NCBI GenBank assembly: GCA_002269645.1
Contig: NIVC01000235.1
Coordinates: forward strand, 106,516 to 170,515
Origin: Macrostomum lignano
Lineage: Eukaryota
DNA: 64,000 nt
Direction: 5' to 3'
In this document: positions 25,838-38,434 of the stretch, piece by piece
How the letters are laid out: each line of letters opens with the position of its first letter
Position numbering within the stretch: the first letter of the stretch is position 1
The notes under the pieces: generated by a model
Databases searched by the model: none
Seen by the model: only the letters and a program-made list of their open reading frames with translations
What the model was told of the DNA's origin: nothing
Made by a program: the position numbers and the translations under genes

Positions 25838-27440
25838 AGAATGTGTCCTGCGTCTTGATGTGCAGGACACATACTGGAGAAGAGAATGTCCTGCGTCTTG
25901 ATGTGCAGGACACATACTGGAGAGTGAGAATGTCCTGCGTCTTGATGTGCAGGACAGATGAGAATGTCCTGCGTCTTGATGTGCAGGACACATACTGGAG
26001 AGGGAGAATGTCCTGTGTCTTCATGTGCAGGACACATACTGGAGAGGGAGAATGTCCTGCGTCTTGATGTGCAGGACACATACTGGAGAAGAGAATGTCC
26101 TGCGTCTTGATGTGCAGGACAGATGAGAATGTCCTGCGTCTTGATGTGCAGGACACATACTGGAGAGGGAGAATGTCCTGTGTCTTCATGTGCAGGACAG
26201 ATAAGAATGTCCTGCGTCTTGATGTGCAGGACACATACTGGAGAAGAGAATGTCCTGCGTCTTGATGTGCAGGACACATACTGGAGAAGAGAATGTCCTG
26301 CGTCTTGATGTGCAGGACATACTGGAGAGGAGACTGTCCTGCGTCTTGATGTGCAGGTCATACTGGAGAGGAGACTGTCCTGCGTCTTGATGTGCAGGAC
26401 ATACTGGAGAGGAGACTGTCCTGCGTCTTGATGTGCAGGTCATACTGGAGAGGAGACTGTCCTGCGTCTTGATGTGCAGGACATACTGGAGAGGAGACTA
26501 TCTTGTGTCTTGATGTGCAGGACATACTGGAGAGGAGACTGTCCTGCGTCTTGATGTGCAGGTCATACTGGAGAGGAGACTGTCCTGCGTCTTGATGTGC
26601 AGGACATACTGGAGAGGAGACTGTCCTGCGTCTTGATGTGCAGGACATACTGGAGAGGAGACTGTCCTGCGTCTTGATGTGCAGGTCATACTGGAGAGGA
26701 GACTGTCCTGCGTCTTGATGTGCAGGACACATACTGGAGAAGAGAATGTCCTGCGTCTTGATGTGCAGGACAGATGAGAATGTCCTGCGTCTTGATGTGC
26801 AGGACACATACTGGAGAGGGAGAATGTCCTGTGTCTTCATGTGCAGGACAGATAAGAATGTCCTGCGTCTTGATGTGCAGGACACATACTGGAGAAGATA
26901 ATGTCCTGCGTCTTGATGTGCAGGACACATACTGGAGAAGAGAATGTCCTGCGTCTTGATGTGCAGGACATACTGGAGAGGAGACTGTCCTGCGTCTTGA
27001 TGTGCAGGTCATACTGGAGAGGAGACTGTCCTGCGTCTTGATGTGCAGGACATACTGGAGAGGAGACTGTCCTGCGTCTTGATGTGCAGGTCATACTGGA
27101 GAGGAGACTGTCCTGCGTCTTGATGTGCAGGACATACTGGAGAGGAGACTATCTTGTGTCTTGATGTGCAGGACATACTGGAGAGGAGACTGTCCTGCGT
27201 CTTGATGTGCAGGTCATACTGGAGAGGAGACTGTCCTGCGTCTTGATGTGCAGGACATACTGGAGAGGAGACTGTCCTGCGTCTTGATGTGCAGGACATA
27301 CTGGAGAGGAGACTGTCCTGCGTCTTGATGTGCAGGTCATACTGGAGAGGAGACTGTCCTGCGTCTTGATGTGCAGGACATACTGGAGAGGAGACTGTCC
27401 TGCGTCTTGATGTGCAGGACATACTGGAGAGGAGACTGTC
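25838..27440. repeat. Composite ~34-43-bp minisatellite with hairpin core TGTCCTGCGTCTTGATGTGCAGGACA and a 651-bp higher-order duplication
   Basis: The core recurs roughly 40 times, separated by catactggagaagagaa, gatgagaa or tactggagaggagac linkers. Rare variants recur at +651 (GATAAG at 26200/26851; TATCTTGTG at 26499/27150). Confidence 0.95.
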
Positions 27441-30078
27441 TTGAGTTTTAGATACAGGGCTGCATAATAAAACATTAGTAGCGGAGTAGCGGGAGAGGCA
27501 GCCAGTATGTACCCCATCTTTTGGGAATGCAGCCCTCCGTTCCTTCGCGCCAGCGAGATCCCAATTCTTCCAATCTGCAGACAAAGCAAGCGGCAATTAG
27601 CTCTGTGGACTCTGTGGGGAGGGGGGCAAGGATGCACATAATGAGACAAAGGTGATTGTATTTTGAGCCAGGGGAGACACAAAGAATCAGTCTGCCCTAT
27701 TTTGAGTCATAGAGAAAAAATCCATTTCATTAAAAGTGCGTTTTTTTAGCGAAGAGTGACTCATTTCCCGGGCCACGTCTCTTTGAATTTGGTACCGGGT
27801 TGATGAGGAGTGCTGACAATTCCGCGCGTTCAATTCTGAATCCAAAAATTTCAACAATACAGCACTGTATATTTTCCTGGGCCCAGTTTTTGCGAATTTT
27901 TATTGTCGCGGAATTCTTTGTATTTTTTCCACCACTTGCTACTCACTTTTCATTTCAGTAGGCACTTTAGAGTATTGGGAAAGTTGTATTGACGTTTTTT
28001 CGTCACATTTCCCTGCGAATTGGCCCTTCTTTCTCTGGCATACTCGTATTTCTGATCTGGCAGCTCTTCTCTTTTGCTGACCAGCTTCCATGAGTGCTGC
28101 CCAGAGCCCCCTACCCCGCTTGCTCGTGGGATTATCTCCCATGCCTGCGGATTCCTGTTTGTTGCGCTGTCTGCAGCCTGCAGCATTGGGCGGGTGGGCG
28201 GTGTTAGAATATCGAGCAGGATGAAAGCCGGCGGGATTACGAGTCTCAGGCATGATATCGAGCATTTTAGCTCGCTCGGGCCAGCTTCTTACTGTGCCGC
28301 CAGCCTCCCAGCTCTCCTTCCCCATCTCGCTGCCCGTCTCCCATTAATTTTCTGGCTGCCCCCCCCATTTTTCCAAGCCGACCGGCCTGCCGCACTTCCC
28401 CAGGCCGGGTCGGGGGGCCAATTTTCTGTCTGTCTGCCGGGCCGGAGGAGAAGCTGAGGGGGGCGGCGCTCGCACACACGGGCCGGGCCAGTCATCAGCT
28501 GCGCTCACTCTCTCAGCCGTGTGCCAGTCCCCCTGCTGGTGCTGCTGCCGCCTGCTCCCTCTGTTTCCATCCATCTCCCTATGCGGTCGTAAACTATTCC
28601 CACCGTCTGTCTGTCTGTCTGCCCACCCGCCTCTCCATCCGTGCTCCTCCTCAGGCCCGGCTTCCTCAGTTCTCTGCTTTAGACTCCTTTTTCGGTCTAA
28701 AAATCCTTCCAGACCCCCCGTCCTAACTTTTGCCCGCCCGCTCGGCCGGGTCTCGTGGCTGCGAATACTGGAATACTATCGGCGCAGTGAGCGGGTGTGC
28801 GGGGTAGCGAAACCCGGCTGGGGGCGGGGGCTGGCCACGACTCTCCTCTGTGCTGCTGTGTGCGCCCGCTTATAAATAGAGCAAAGAGAGAGTGTGTGGG
28901 GGCCAATTTCTCGGCACTCGGCTTTTTTCTCGCTTGAGCCACCCGCCGCCTTGGCCTCGGCCTCCAGCTTGGCTTAACTGCGTTTGCCGCTCGGAGTCCA
29001 GGCTCCCCCCGGCACCGCTCGCCCCGCAGTAATCGAATCACCCATCCCAGAATGCGCCGCAGCCTAAATACAAGCGTCTCAGCTCTCCCTCTGTCTGACT
29101 CTCCCCTCTACCGACTTTGCGAAATCTAGTCCGAGTTTTTAAACAGTAGCTACTTCTGTTCGAGTGTGTTCAGGCACCGCTACACAAGAGAAATCCAAAA
29201 TAATGATTTGCGACTACGTTAGATTGTTATTCTGTGATCGTCTGTTCTATTCTTCCTCTGAGGCTACCAGCTTTGTGTCCTCCGGTGAGATCTTTGGCTG
29301 TTTCCTTGGCTATATCCTTGGATATTATCAATTGTTTCTGGGCCAATTCGTTTGTCTATGGCCCCAACTATATGGTTAAAATCTTTCGTCGTGAGAGAGG
29401 AGCCAAGATTTTTTGTCAGCCTACGCTTGTTGAAGCAAGGTTGAAAAGCCTGCTGAGAATGTCTATGGCCAAAAGCCCTTTGATTCAGTGCAAAACCAGC
29501 AGCGGGCGGACACGAAACAGTGAATCCTCACTTGGCGCTATTGCTAGTTATAGTTAGCCTAAGCGTGTTGAAACGGGGTGAAACGCACGGCAGCCCGCCC
29601 GCTGCAATTGTCTCTGCAAATTGCTTATTATCCATGCTTATTATCCACCTACACTAAATGTCTAAAATTTTCAGTTACTGTTTTTTGATTCTCAAAATAA
29701 GGAGTTTTAGCTATAGACAATTTCTTAGATTTCATTCTTTTTTCTCTAGAGTGCTGGTGTGCTTCGCGCCCCCTTGACCCCGCTGTCTTCTGACTTTGTC
29801 ATAGACATTTTCAGCGGGCCGTGAAACCGACTGAATGCATTGGAGGCTATCCATACTGACATACGAGTATTACCATCGGGAACACTTAGTGACATAGGAT
29901 TGAGTCGAATTTCCCACAGACTCGGTCATATTGAGTTTTTAGCTTCTCAGGAGATCGCGCTTAACCCGAAAGATAGACATGGCGTTCAGGCCTAGTGGGA
30001 TAAATAGAATATACGAGCTACTATGGATAAGTGTACTTATTTTTCTAATCCCCACCCCATTTGAATCCCAATTCTCAG

Positions 30079-31214
30079 CGCCAGCTCTCTACTCTGACGG
30101 CGACGGCGCGGCGTCCAGCCACGCCCTTGTCGATGGGCCTCACTACGCCTGCAGCAACCTGGCCTTGCAGCAGCAGCAGCTCAGGCAGCCTCATCAGTGC
30201 CAGCCTCACCATCAGCAGCAGCAGCAGCTGGTTGTGAACTCAGCTGGGCACGCACAGCTGCTCCAGCATCAGCAGCCTCATCTTGCCTCAGATGAGCAGC
30301 AGCGCCAGCTTCACTACGCCTGCGCCGCCGTGATGCAGAACGGCGGAGCCGCCGTCAAATTCCGTCGGCACCAGCAGCAGCCGGGCCAGCGTCTCGCTCA
30401 GCCTCATCACAACGGCAGCGGCGGCGACGCGGCATCAAAGCGGCTCTCGCTGCCGGCTCCCGCGCACTACTGGGTGCAGCAGAACGGCGGCCGCAGTGCT
30501 TCGCCAGCCTGTGGCAGCAGCAGCGGCAGCGGGGGCGGCGGCGGCTCGCCTACGCCGCTGGTTGCCGACCTGCTGGCGCTCAGCAAGCGGGACCGGCGCA
30601 GCTCTCTGGCGGACATCGGCTTCGGCAAGATCACCTCCTACAGGAAGCTGGATAAGCTCGGCCAGGTGAGTGACCTTTCAAAGTTCCCCCAAGTTCGATT
30701 CCGCGGGACGAGATTGTCAGTCATATCTGTGAGTGTGAGCTCGGGGTCAGTGGAAAGTTCACGCTTAACTGCCCACCCCTGACAGGGCACCTACGCCACC
30801 GTCTACCGCGGCAAGTCGCTGCTGACCGACTCGCTGGTGGCGCTGAAGGAGATCCGGTTAGAGCACGACGAGGGCGCGCCGTGCACCGCTATTCGAGAAG
30901 GTAAGAATTCGATTGATTTTGTTTAATTAGTCAGTTGCCCGGCTAATTTTAAATAAAAGTCAAACTGACCTGTCGCCTTGCAGTTTCCCTGCTGCGTGAT
31001 TTGAAGCACGCTAATATTGTCACTTTGCACGACATCATTCATACTGATAAGTCGCTCACGCTGGTCTTCGAGTATTTGGTGAGTTGCTAAAGGCTTTTGA
31101 TGGTCTTAAATTGTGCTCCTGTCTATACGACTGTCAACGCATCTGTCTGTCTGTCTTAGTGTATCTGTCTTAGTGTCTTGTCTGTCTGTCTGTCCGTCTG
31201 TCTGTCTGTCTTAG

Positions 31215-31253
<39 letters not shown>

Positions 31254-31336
31254 CTGTCTGTCTTAGTGTCTGTTTGTCCGTCTGTCTCTCTGTGTCTGTG
31301 TCTGTCTGTCTGTATGTCTGTCTGTCTGTCTTAGTG

Positions 31337-31398
<62 letters not shown>

Positions 31399-31558
31399 CT
31401 GTCTGTCTTAGTGTCTGTCTGTCTTAGTGTCTGTCTGTCTGTCTTAGTGTCTGTTTGTCCGTCTGTCTGTCTGTGTCTGTGTCTGTCTGTCTGTATGTCT
31501 GTCTGTCTGTCTTAGTGTCTTGTCTGTCTGTCTGTATGTCTGTCTGTCTGTCTTAGTG

Positions 31559-31616
<58 letters not shown>

Positions 31617-31633
31617 CTGTCTGTCTGTCTTAG

Positions 31634-31674
<41 letters not shown>

Positions 31675-31676
31675 GC

Positions 31677-31741
<65 letters not shown>

Positions 31742-33801
31742 GCATGGCTGTAGCAACCACTCCCTCCCCACGCCAGGACAAAGACCTGAAGCAGTGCCTA
31801 GAAGAGTGCAGCGGCCTGTTGCATGAAGGCAACGTGCGGCTCTACCTGTACCAGCTGCTCCGCGGCCTGGAGTACTGCCACCGCAGGCGCTACCTGCACC
31901 GGGACCTGAAGCCGCAGAACATCCTGCTGAATCAGCGGGGCGAGTTGAAGCTGGCCGACTTCGGCCTGGCCAGGGCGAACTCTGTGCCCTCCAAGACCTA
32001 CTCAAACGAGGTCTGCACCCTCTGGTACCGGCCGGCAGACGTGCTGCTGGGCAACACCGAGTACAGCACGCACATCGATCTGTGGGGAGTGGGCGCGATC
32101 TTCTTCGAGATGATCACCGGCCGGCCAATGTTCCCCGGCTCCACCGTGGAGGAGCAGCTGCAGCTCATCTTCCGAACTCTGGGTAAGCAGCGGGGGATTA
32201 CCGGTATACCTACTACCACTGGCAGCACCAGATGGGCCATGGCTAAAGCCACTAATGCCGATTTCAGCCTCGCATCTCACTCCCCTTGCAACCGCCTGTC
32301 TCATTCCCACCTCACTATCCCATCTCATCCTCATCTCAGCCCTCTATTTTATCTCGATTTCAGCCTCCCATTTCATCCCAATCTCACCCTTCCGTCTCAT
32401 CCCAATCTCACCCTTCCATCTCATCCCAATCTCACCCTTCCGTCTCATTCCAATCTCACCCTTCCATCTCATTCCAATCTCACCCTTCCATCTCATCCCA
32501 ATCTCACCCTCCCAGCCCATTCCCATCTCATTCTCATCTCTCCCTCCCATCTCATTACCATCTCTCCCCCATCTCATTCCCATCTCATTCCCATCTTAGC
32601 CTCCCAACCCATTCCCATGTCACCCTCCCATCTCATCCTCATTTCACCCTCCCATCTTATCCTCATCTCACCCTCCCATCTCATCCTCATTTCACCCTCC
32701 CATCTTATCCTCATCTCACCCTCCTATCTCATCCTCATTTCACCCTCCCATCTTATCCTCATCTTACCCTCCCATCTCATCCCCATATCAGTCCTTTATT
32801 TTATTCCTATCTCTGCATCGCATCTCATCCCCATCTTAGCCTCCCGTTTCATCCCAAGCTGACCAGTCGATCCCATTCCATCGGATCCTACAGGCAGCCC
32901 CACCGAGGAGTCGTGGCCGGGCAGCGAGTCCAACCAGCAGCTGCAGGCCTACAATTTCCCGCACTGGCTGGGCATGGATTTGAAATCCGTGGCGCCCCGG
33001 CTCAGCCCCACTGGCCAGGACCTGATGCGCCAGCTGCTGCAGTATCAGGCAAACAGGAGAATCTCGGCGGAGAAGGCCAAGCTGCATCTGTATTTCATGC
33101 AGTTCATGCCGGCCATTCTCAATGATTTGCCAGACAGTGAGTGCTCTGCTCGGGTTGTGGGCTTTGTCTGCGCTTGCTGCAAGTGAGGGTTTATTGATTG
33201 TGATAGGGTTTATTGATTGTGATAGGGTTTATTGATTGTGATAGGGTTTATTGATTGTGATAGGGTTTATTGATTGTGATAGGGTTTATTGATTGTGATA
33301 GGGTTTATTGATTGTGATAGGGTTTATTGATTGTGATAGGGTTTATTGATTGTGATAGGGTTTATTGATTGTGATAGGGTTTATTGATTGTGATAGGGTT
33401 TATTGATTGTGATAGGGTTTATTGATTGTGATAGGGTTTATTGATTGTGATAGGGTTTATTGATTGTGATAGGGTTTATTGATTGTGATAGGGTTTATTG
33501 TGATCTCCCCCCCCGAACTGCAGCCTCATCAATATTTGAGATCCCGGGCGTCTGTCTGTACACAAATCCTGTGCCCCACTGCCGGGCTCCGGCCGGCTGC
33601 AGCAGTGCGGTCCTACCCGGTGAGTGTTTTGAGCTTTTATAAGCTACTTACTTAGTAGTGCACTTGGCCAATCAATTTTACCGACTTACAGCTCTATTAT
33701 CGCACCACCCCCTTCGCTCTCTCCACCCGTTATCTCCTACTCATTCATCCCGCCCCTTTCCCCGCTGCTAAGTGTCGGAGTCTGCAGACTTCATCACTTG
33801 A
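30079..33801 (+). CDS. CDK16/17/18: PCTAIRE-type cyclin-dependent kinase, common exons 30079-30665, 30786-30900, 30984-31078, 31777-32182, 32894-33136, 33524-33619 and probably ~33773-33801
   Basis: The spliced product contains KRLSLPA and [12 protein letters not shown] (PCTAIRE regulatory motifs), LDKLGQ|[27 protein letters not shown]|[32 protein letters not shown]|[21 protein letters not shown] and TLWYRP. The GT/AG junctions up to the donor at 33620 are phase-consistent. The terminal exon is uncertain. Confidence 0.95.
31141..31742. repeat. (TCTG)n compound microsatellite in a CDK intron
   Basis: TCTG array with interspersed TTAGTG variants. Confidence 0.97.
32280..32860. repeat. Degenerate ~24-bp pyrimidine-rich repeat (CATCTCATCCCAATCTCACCCTTC-like) in a CDK intron
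   Basis: Translates as SHPNLTLP / SHLILISP repeats and lies between the donor at 32183 and the acceptor at 32893. Confidence 0.88.
33187..33503. repeat. 19-bp minisatellite GGGTTTATTGATTGTGATA, ~16 copies, in a CDK intron
   Basis: Perfect tandem copies that fill most of intron 33137-33523. Confidence 0.97.
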
Positions 33802-34220
33802 GAGCCGGCCACGCGGCGGGCGGGCCTGCCCGGACGATCCTTCGCGCGCCAAAACTGCTGTTCCCACAGAGCCCACATTGGCTGATTTATAACAATTGTC
33901 TTTCATTTCTACTCTGCTGTCTTCTCAAACCCCGGTAATTGCCTGGCATAACAATTATTATGTAGAAATATCAATAATCGAGTTTTAGTTGCATGCCGCC
34001 TTCCACACCGAATCTCATCTTCTCTTTTTCATTTTTTGCCGATTTTGAACCTAATTTAATTAGCAAAAACGGGAATATAAATTGCGCTGAGCTTACAAAA
34101 TCAATAATTTAATTTAATAATGCGATCTCGCGTTTAATCTGTAGCGCTTTTATGTTTTGTGAGCTTAAATTATCGTAAAATTTACGTTGTCTGCTTGGAC
34201 TTCGTGTTGCTTCTGTTCAG

Positions 34221-34432
34221 GGGTGAGTGCAGGGAGTGAGCTGGGTGAGTGCAGGAAGTGAGCTGGGTGAGTGCAGGGAGTGAGCTGGGTGAGTGCAGGA
34301 AGTGAGCTGGGTGAGTGCAGGGAGTGAGCTGGGTGAGTGCAGGAAGTGAGCTGGGTGAGTGCAGGGAGTGAGCTGGGTGAGTGCAGGGAGTGAGCTGGGT
34401 GAGTGCAGGGAGTGAGCTGGATGAGAGCAGGG
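34221..34432. repeat. 22-bp minisatellite GGGTGAGTGCAGG(G/A)AGTGAGCT, ~9 copies
   Basis: Directly visible. Confidence 0.95.
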
Positions 34433-35077
34433 AAGGAATTGAGGGCAAGCGGTGAGGTTTAAAACCGCAGTAATTACAAGATTAGAGCAGGCAGCTTCCC
34501 ATTGCCTGCTTTTTGCTTTCGTATTTTACTCCTCTGCTTTGCCTAGCGATTCATTTCAACGTCCCAGGTTCGAATCGGCTTCATTCGCACTTTTTTGCGT
34601 CGAAGTTCCCCCAGTAAATTTTATGATCAATGATTTTGTGCAGAAGCTGCGAACCCATTCTCCAAACAGTTTTTTTATTACCTATCAGCTTCTCCAGCTC
34701 ATTACTGAAGCTCATTAATAATTTAATCAGTCCATTCAAGCCTCGAGTCTTCACTCCGCCTCTTTGCAGACAAGCGCCGCCAGTCCATGCTGTTCTGATG
34801 AGGCCGGGAGGCTGGATTTCCGATTTTCCACGCTTTACGTTCGGTAATTTGATTGCTCGGTTTTAGCAGTTGGCTCCTAACATCACGAAATGATGTAAAT
34901 TAGTTTAGAAAGCTGTCTTTGTGCCACTCTGCTGTGTGCATAGAAATGCCTAACAGTTTGCTGTTTATTTAAATCCGCGCATTGACCCGCTGTTCGAACT
35001 CGATTTTTATCTAGCCGGATTTTGCAATGTTCAGTGTAGGCGGCTGTCTGTTTTTTGGGAAAATTATCAGATATGGT

Positions 35078-38000
35078 CGCTCCCGAACTGCCCCCCTTCC
35101 AGAAGAATCGCCCCAAACTGCCCCCAGAGGAATCGCCTCAAACTGCCCCCAGAAGAATCGCCCCAAACTGCCCCCCCCAGAAGAATCGTCCCAAACTGCC
35201 CCCCCCCAGAAGAATCGCCCCAAACTGCCCCCCCCCCAGAAGAATCGCCCCAAACTGCCCCCAGAAGAATCGCCCCCAAACTGCCCCCCCCAGAAGAATC
35301 GTCCCAAACTGCCCCCCCCCCAGAAGAATCGTCCCAAACTGCCCCCCCCAGAAGAATCGCCCCAAACTGCCCCCCCAGAAGAATCGTCCCAAACTGCCCC
35401 CCAGAAGAATCGCCCCAAACTGCCCCCCCAGAAGAATCGCCCCAAACTGCCCCCCAGAAGAATCGCCCCCAAACTGCCCCCCCCCCAGAAGAATCGTCCC
35501 AAACTGCCCCCCCCAGAAGAATCGTCCCAAACTGCCCCCCAGAAGAATCGCCCCAAACTGCCTCCCCAGAAGAATCGCCCCAAACTGCCCCCCAGAAGAA
35601 TCGCCCCAAACTGCCCCCAGAAGAATCGCCCCCAAACTGCCCCCCCCCAGAAGAATCGTCCCAAACTGCCCCCCCCCAGAAGAATCGTCCCAAACTGCCC
35701 CCCAGAAGAATCGCCCCAAACTGCCCCCCCCAGAAGAATCGCCCCAAACTGCCCCCCCCAGAAGAATCGCCCCAAACTGCCCCCAGAAGAATCGCCCCCA
35801 AACTGCCCCCCCCCAGAAGAATCGTCCCAAACTGCCCCCAGAAGAATCGTCCCAAACTGCCCCCCCAGAAGAATCACCCCAAACTGCCCCCCCCAGAAGA
35901 ATCGCCCCAAACTGCCCCCCAGAAGAATCGCCCCAAACTGCCCCCCCCCAGAAGAATCGCCCCAAACTGCCCCCCCCCAGAAGAATCGCCCCAAACTGCC
36001 CCCAGAAGAATCGCCCCCAAACTGCCCCCCCCCCAGAAGAATCGTCCCAAACTGCCCCCCCCCAGAAGAATCGTCCCAAACTGCCCCCCAGAAGAATCGC
36101 CCCAAACTGCCCCCCCCCAGAAGAATCGTCCCAAACTGCCCCCCCCCAGAAGAATCGTCCCAAACTGCCCCCCCCCCCAGAAGAATCGTCCCAAACTGCC
36201 CCCCAGAAGAATCGCCCCAAACTGCCCCCCAGAAGAATCGCCCCAAACTGCCCCCCAGAAGAATCGCCCCCAAACTGCCCCCCCCCCCCCAGAAGAATCG
36301 TCCCAAACTGCCCCCCCCCCCAGAAGAATCGTCCCAAACTGCCCCCCAGAAGAATCGCCCCAAACTGCCTCCCCAGAAGAATCGCCCCAAACTGCCCCCC
36401 AGAAGAATCGCCCCAAACTGCCCCCAGAAGAATCGCCCCCAAACTGCCCCCCCCCCAGAAGAATCGTCCCAAACTGCCCCCCCCAGAAGAATCGTCCCAA
36501 ACTGCCCCCCAGAAGAATCGCCCCAAACTGCCCCCCCCCCCCCAGAAGAATCGCCCCAAACTGCCCCCCCAGAAGAATCGCCCCAAACTGCCCCCCAGAA
36601 GAATCGCCCCAAACTGCCCCCCCCAGAAGAATCGTCCCAAACTGCCCCCCAGAAGAATCGCCCCAAACTGCCTCCCCCAGAAGAATCGCCCCAAACTGCC
36701 CCCCCCAGAAGAATCGCCCCCAAACTGCCCCCCCCAGAAGAATCGTCCCAAACTGCCCCCCCCCAGAAGAATCGCCCCAAACTGCCCCCCCCCAGAAGAA
36801 TCGCCCCAAACTGCCCCCCAGAAGAATCGCCCCAAACTGCCCCCCCCAGAAGAATCGCCCCAAACTGCCCCCCCCAGAAGAATCGCCCCAAACTGCCCCC
36901 CAGAAGAATCGCCCCCAAACTGCCCCCCCCCCCAGAAGAATCGTCCCAAACTGCCCCCAGAAGAATCGCCCCAAACTGCCTCCCCCAGAAGAATCGCCCC
37001 AAACTGCCCCCAGAAGAATCGCCCCAAACTGCCCCCAGAGGAATCGCCTCAAACTGCCCCCAGAAGAATCGCCCCAAACTGCCCCCCCAGAAGAATCGCC
37101 CCAAACTGCCCCCAGAAGAATCGCCCCAAACTGCCCCCCCCCCAGAAGAATCGCCCCAAACTGCCCCCCCCCCAGAAGAATCGTCCCAAACTGCCCCCCA
37201 GAAGAATTGCCCCAAACTGCCCCCCCCCAGAAGAATCGCCCCAAACTGCCCCCCCCCCAGAAGAATCGCCCCAAACTGCCCCCCAGAAGAATCGCCCCAA
37301 ACTGCCCCCCCCCAGAAGAATCGTCCCAAACTGCCCCCCAGAAGAATCGCCCCAAACTGCCTCCCCCAGAAGAATCGCCCCAAACTGCCCCCCCCCAGAA
37401 GAATCGCCCCAAACTGCCCCCCCAGAAGAATCGTCCCAAACTGCCCCCCCCAGAAGAATCGCCCCAAACTGCCCCCCCCAGAAGAATCGCCCCAAACTGC
37501 CCCCCAGAAGAATCGCCCCAAACTGCCCCCCCCAGAAGAATCGCCCCAAACTGCCCCCCCAGAAGAATCGCCCCAAACTGCCCCCCAGAAGAATCGCCCC
37601 CAAACTGCCCCCCCCAGAAGAATCGTCCCAAACTGCCCCCCCCCCAGAAGAATCGTCCCAAACTGCCCCCCAGAAGAATCGCCCCAAACTGCCTCCCCCA
37701 GAAGAATCGCCCCAAACTGCCCCCCAGAAGAATCGCCCCAAACTGCCCCCCAGAGGAATCGCCTCAAACTGCCCCCAGAAGAATCGCCCCAAACTGCCTC
37801 CCCCAGAAGAATCGCCCCAAACTGCCCCCAGAGGAATCGCCTCAAACTGCCCCCAGAAGAATCGCCCCAAACTGCCCCCAGAAGAATCGCCCCAAACTGC
37901 CCCCCCCCAGAAGAATCGTCCCAAACTGCCCCCCCAGAAGAATCGCCCCAAACTGCCCCCCAGAAGAATCGCCCCAAACTGCCTCCCCAGAAGAATCGCC

Positions 38001-38434
38001 CCAAACTGCCCCCCCAGAGGAATCGCCTCAAACTGCCCCAGAAGAATCGCCCCCAAACTGCCCCCCCCCCAGAAGAATCGCCCCAAACTGCCTCCCCCAG
38101 AAGAATCGCCCCAAACTGCCTCCCCCAGAAGAATCGCCCCAAACTGCCTCCCCCAGAAGAATCGCCCCAAACTGCCCCCCCCCCAGAAGAATCGCCCCAA
38201 ACTGCCCCAGAAGAATCGCCCCAAACTGCCTCCCCCAGAAGAATCGCCCCAAACTGCCCCCCAGAGGAATCGCCTCAAACTGCCCCCAGAAGAATCGCCC
38301 CCAAACTGCCCCCCCAGAAGAATCGCCCCAAACTGCCTCCCCAGAAGAATCGCCCCAAACTGCCCCCCAGAGGAATCGCCCCAAACTGCCCCCAGAAGAA
38401 TCGCCCCAACTGCCCCCAGAGGAATCGCCCTAAT
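35078..38434. repeat. 3.3-kb C-rich satellite, unit CAGAAGAATCG(C/T)CCCAAACTGCCCCC(C)n (~27-33 bp)
   Basis: More than 100 tandem units with variable C-run length; it is the source of the 400-1193 aa ORFs. Confidence 0.98.

Noticed and set aside
25838-27440. CRISPR-like array of palindromic repeats
   Set aside because: The linkers are short (8-17 nt), recurrent rather than unique, there are no cas genes, and the context is a eukaryotic intron.
31561-32862. 433-aa ORF as a standalone kinase
   Set aside because: It is one CDK exon (31777-32182) read through flanking intronic TCTG and pyrimidine repeats; the true splice sites are evident.
33799-33890. Stop-codon readthrough in the CDK terminal exon (the frame stays open ~28 codons after TGA)
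   Set aside because: The TGA-G context is not a typical leaky stop, the terminal exon itself is uncertain, and an open stretch this short is expected by chance.
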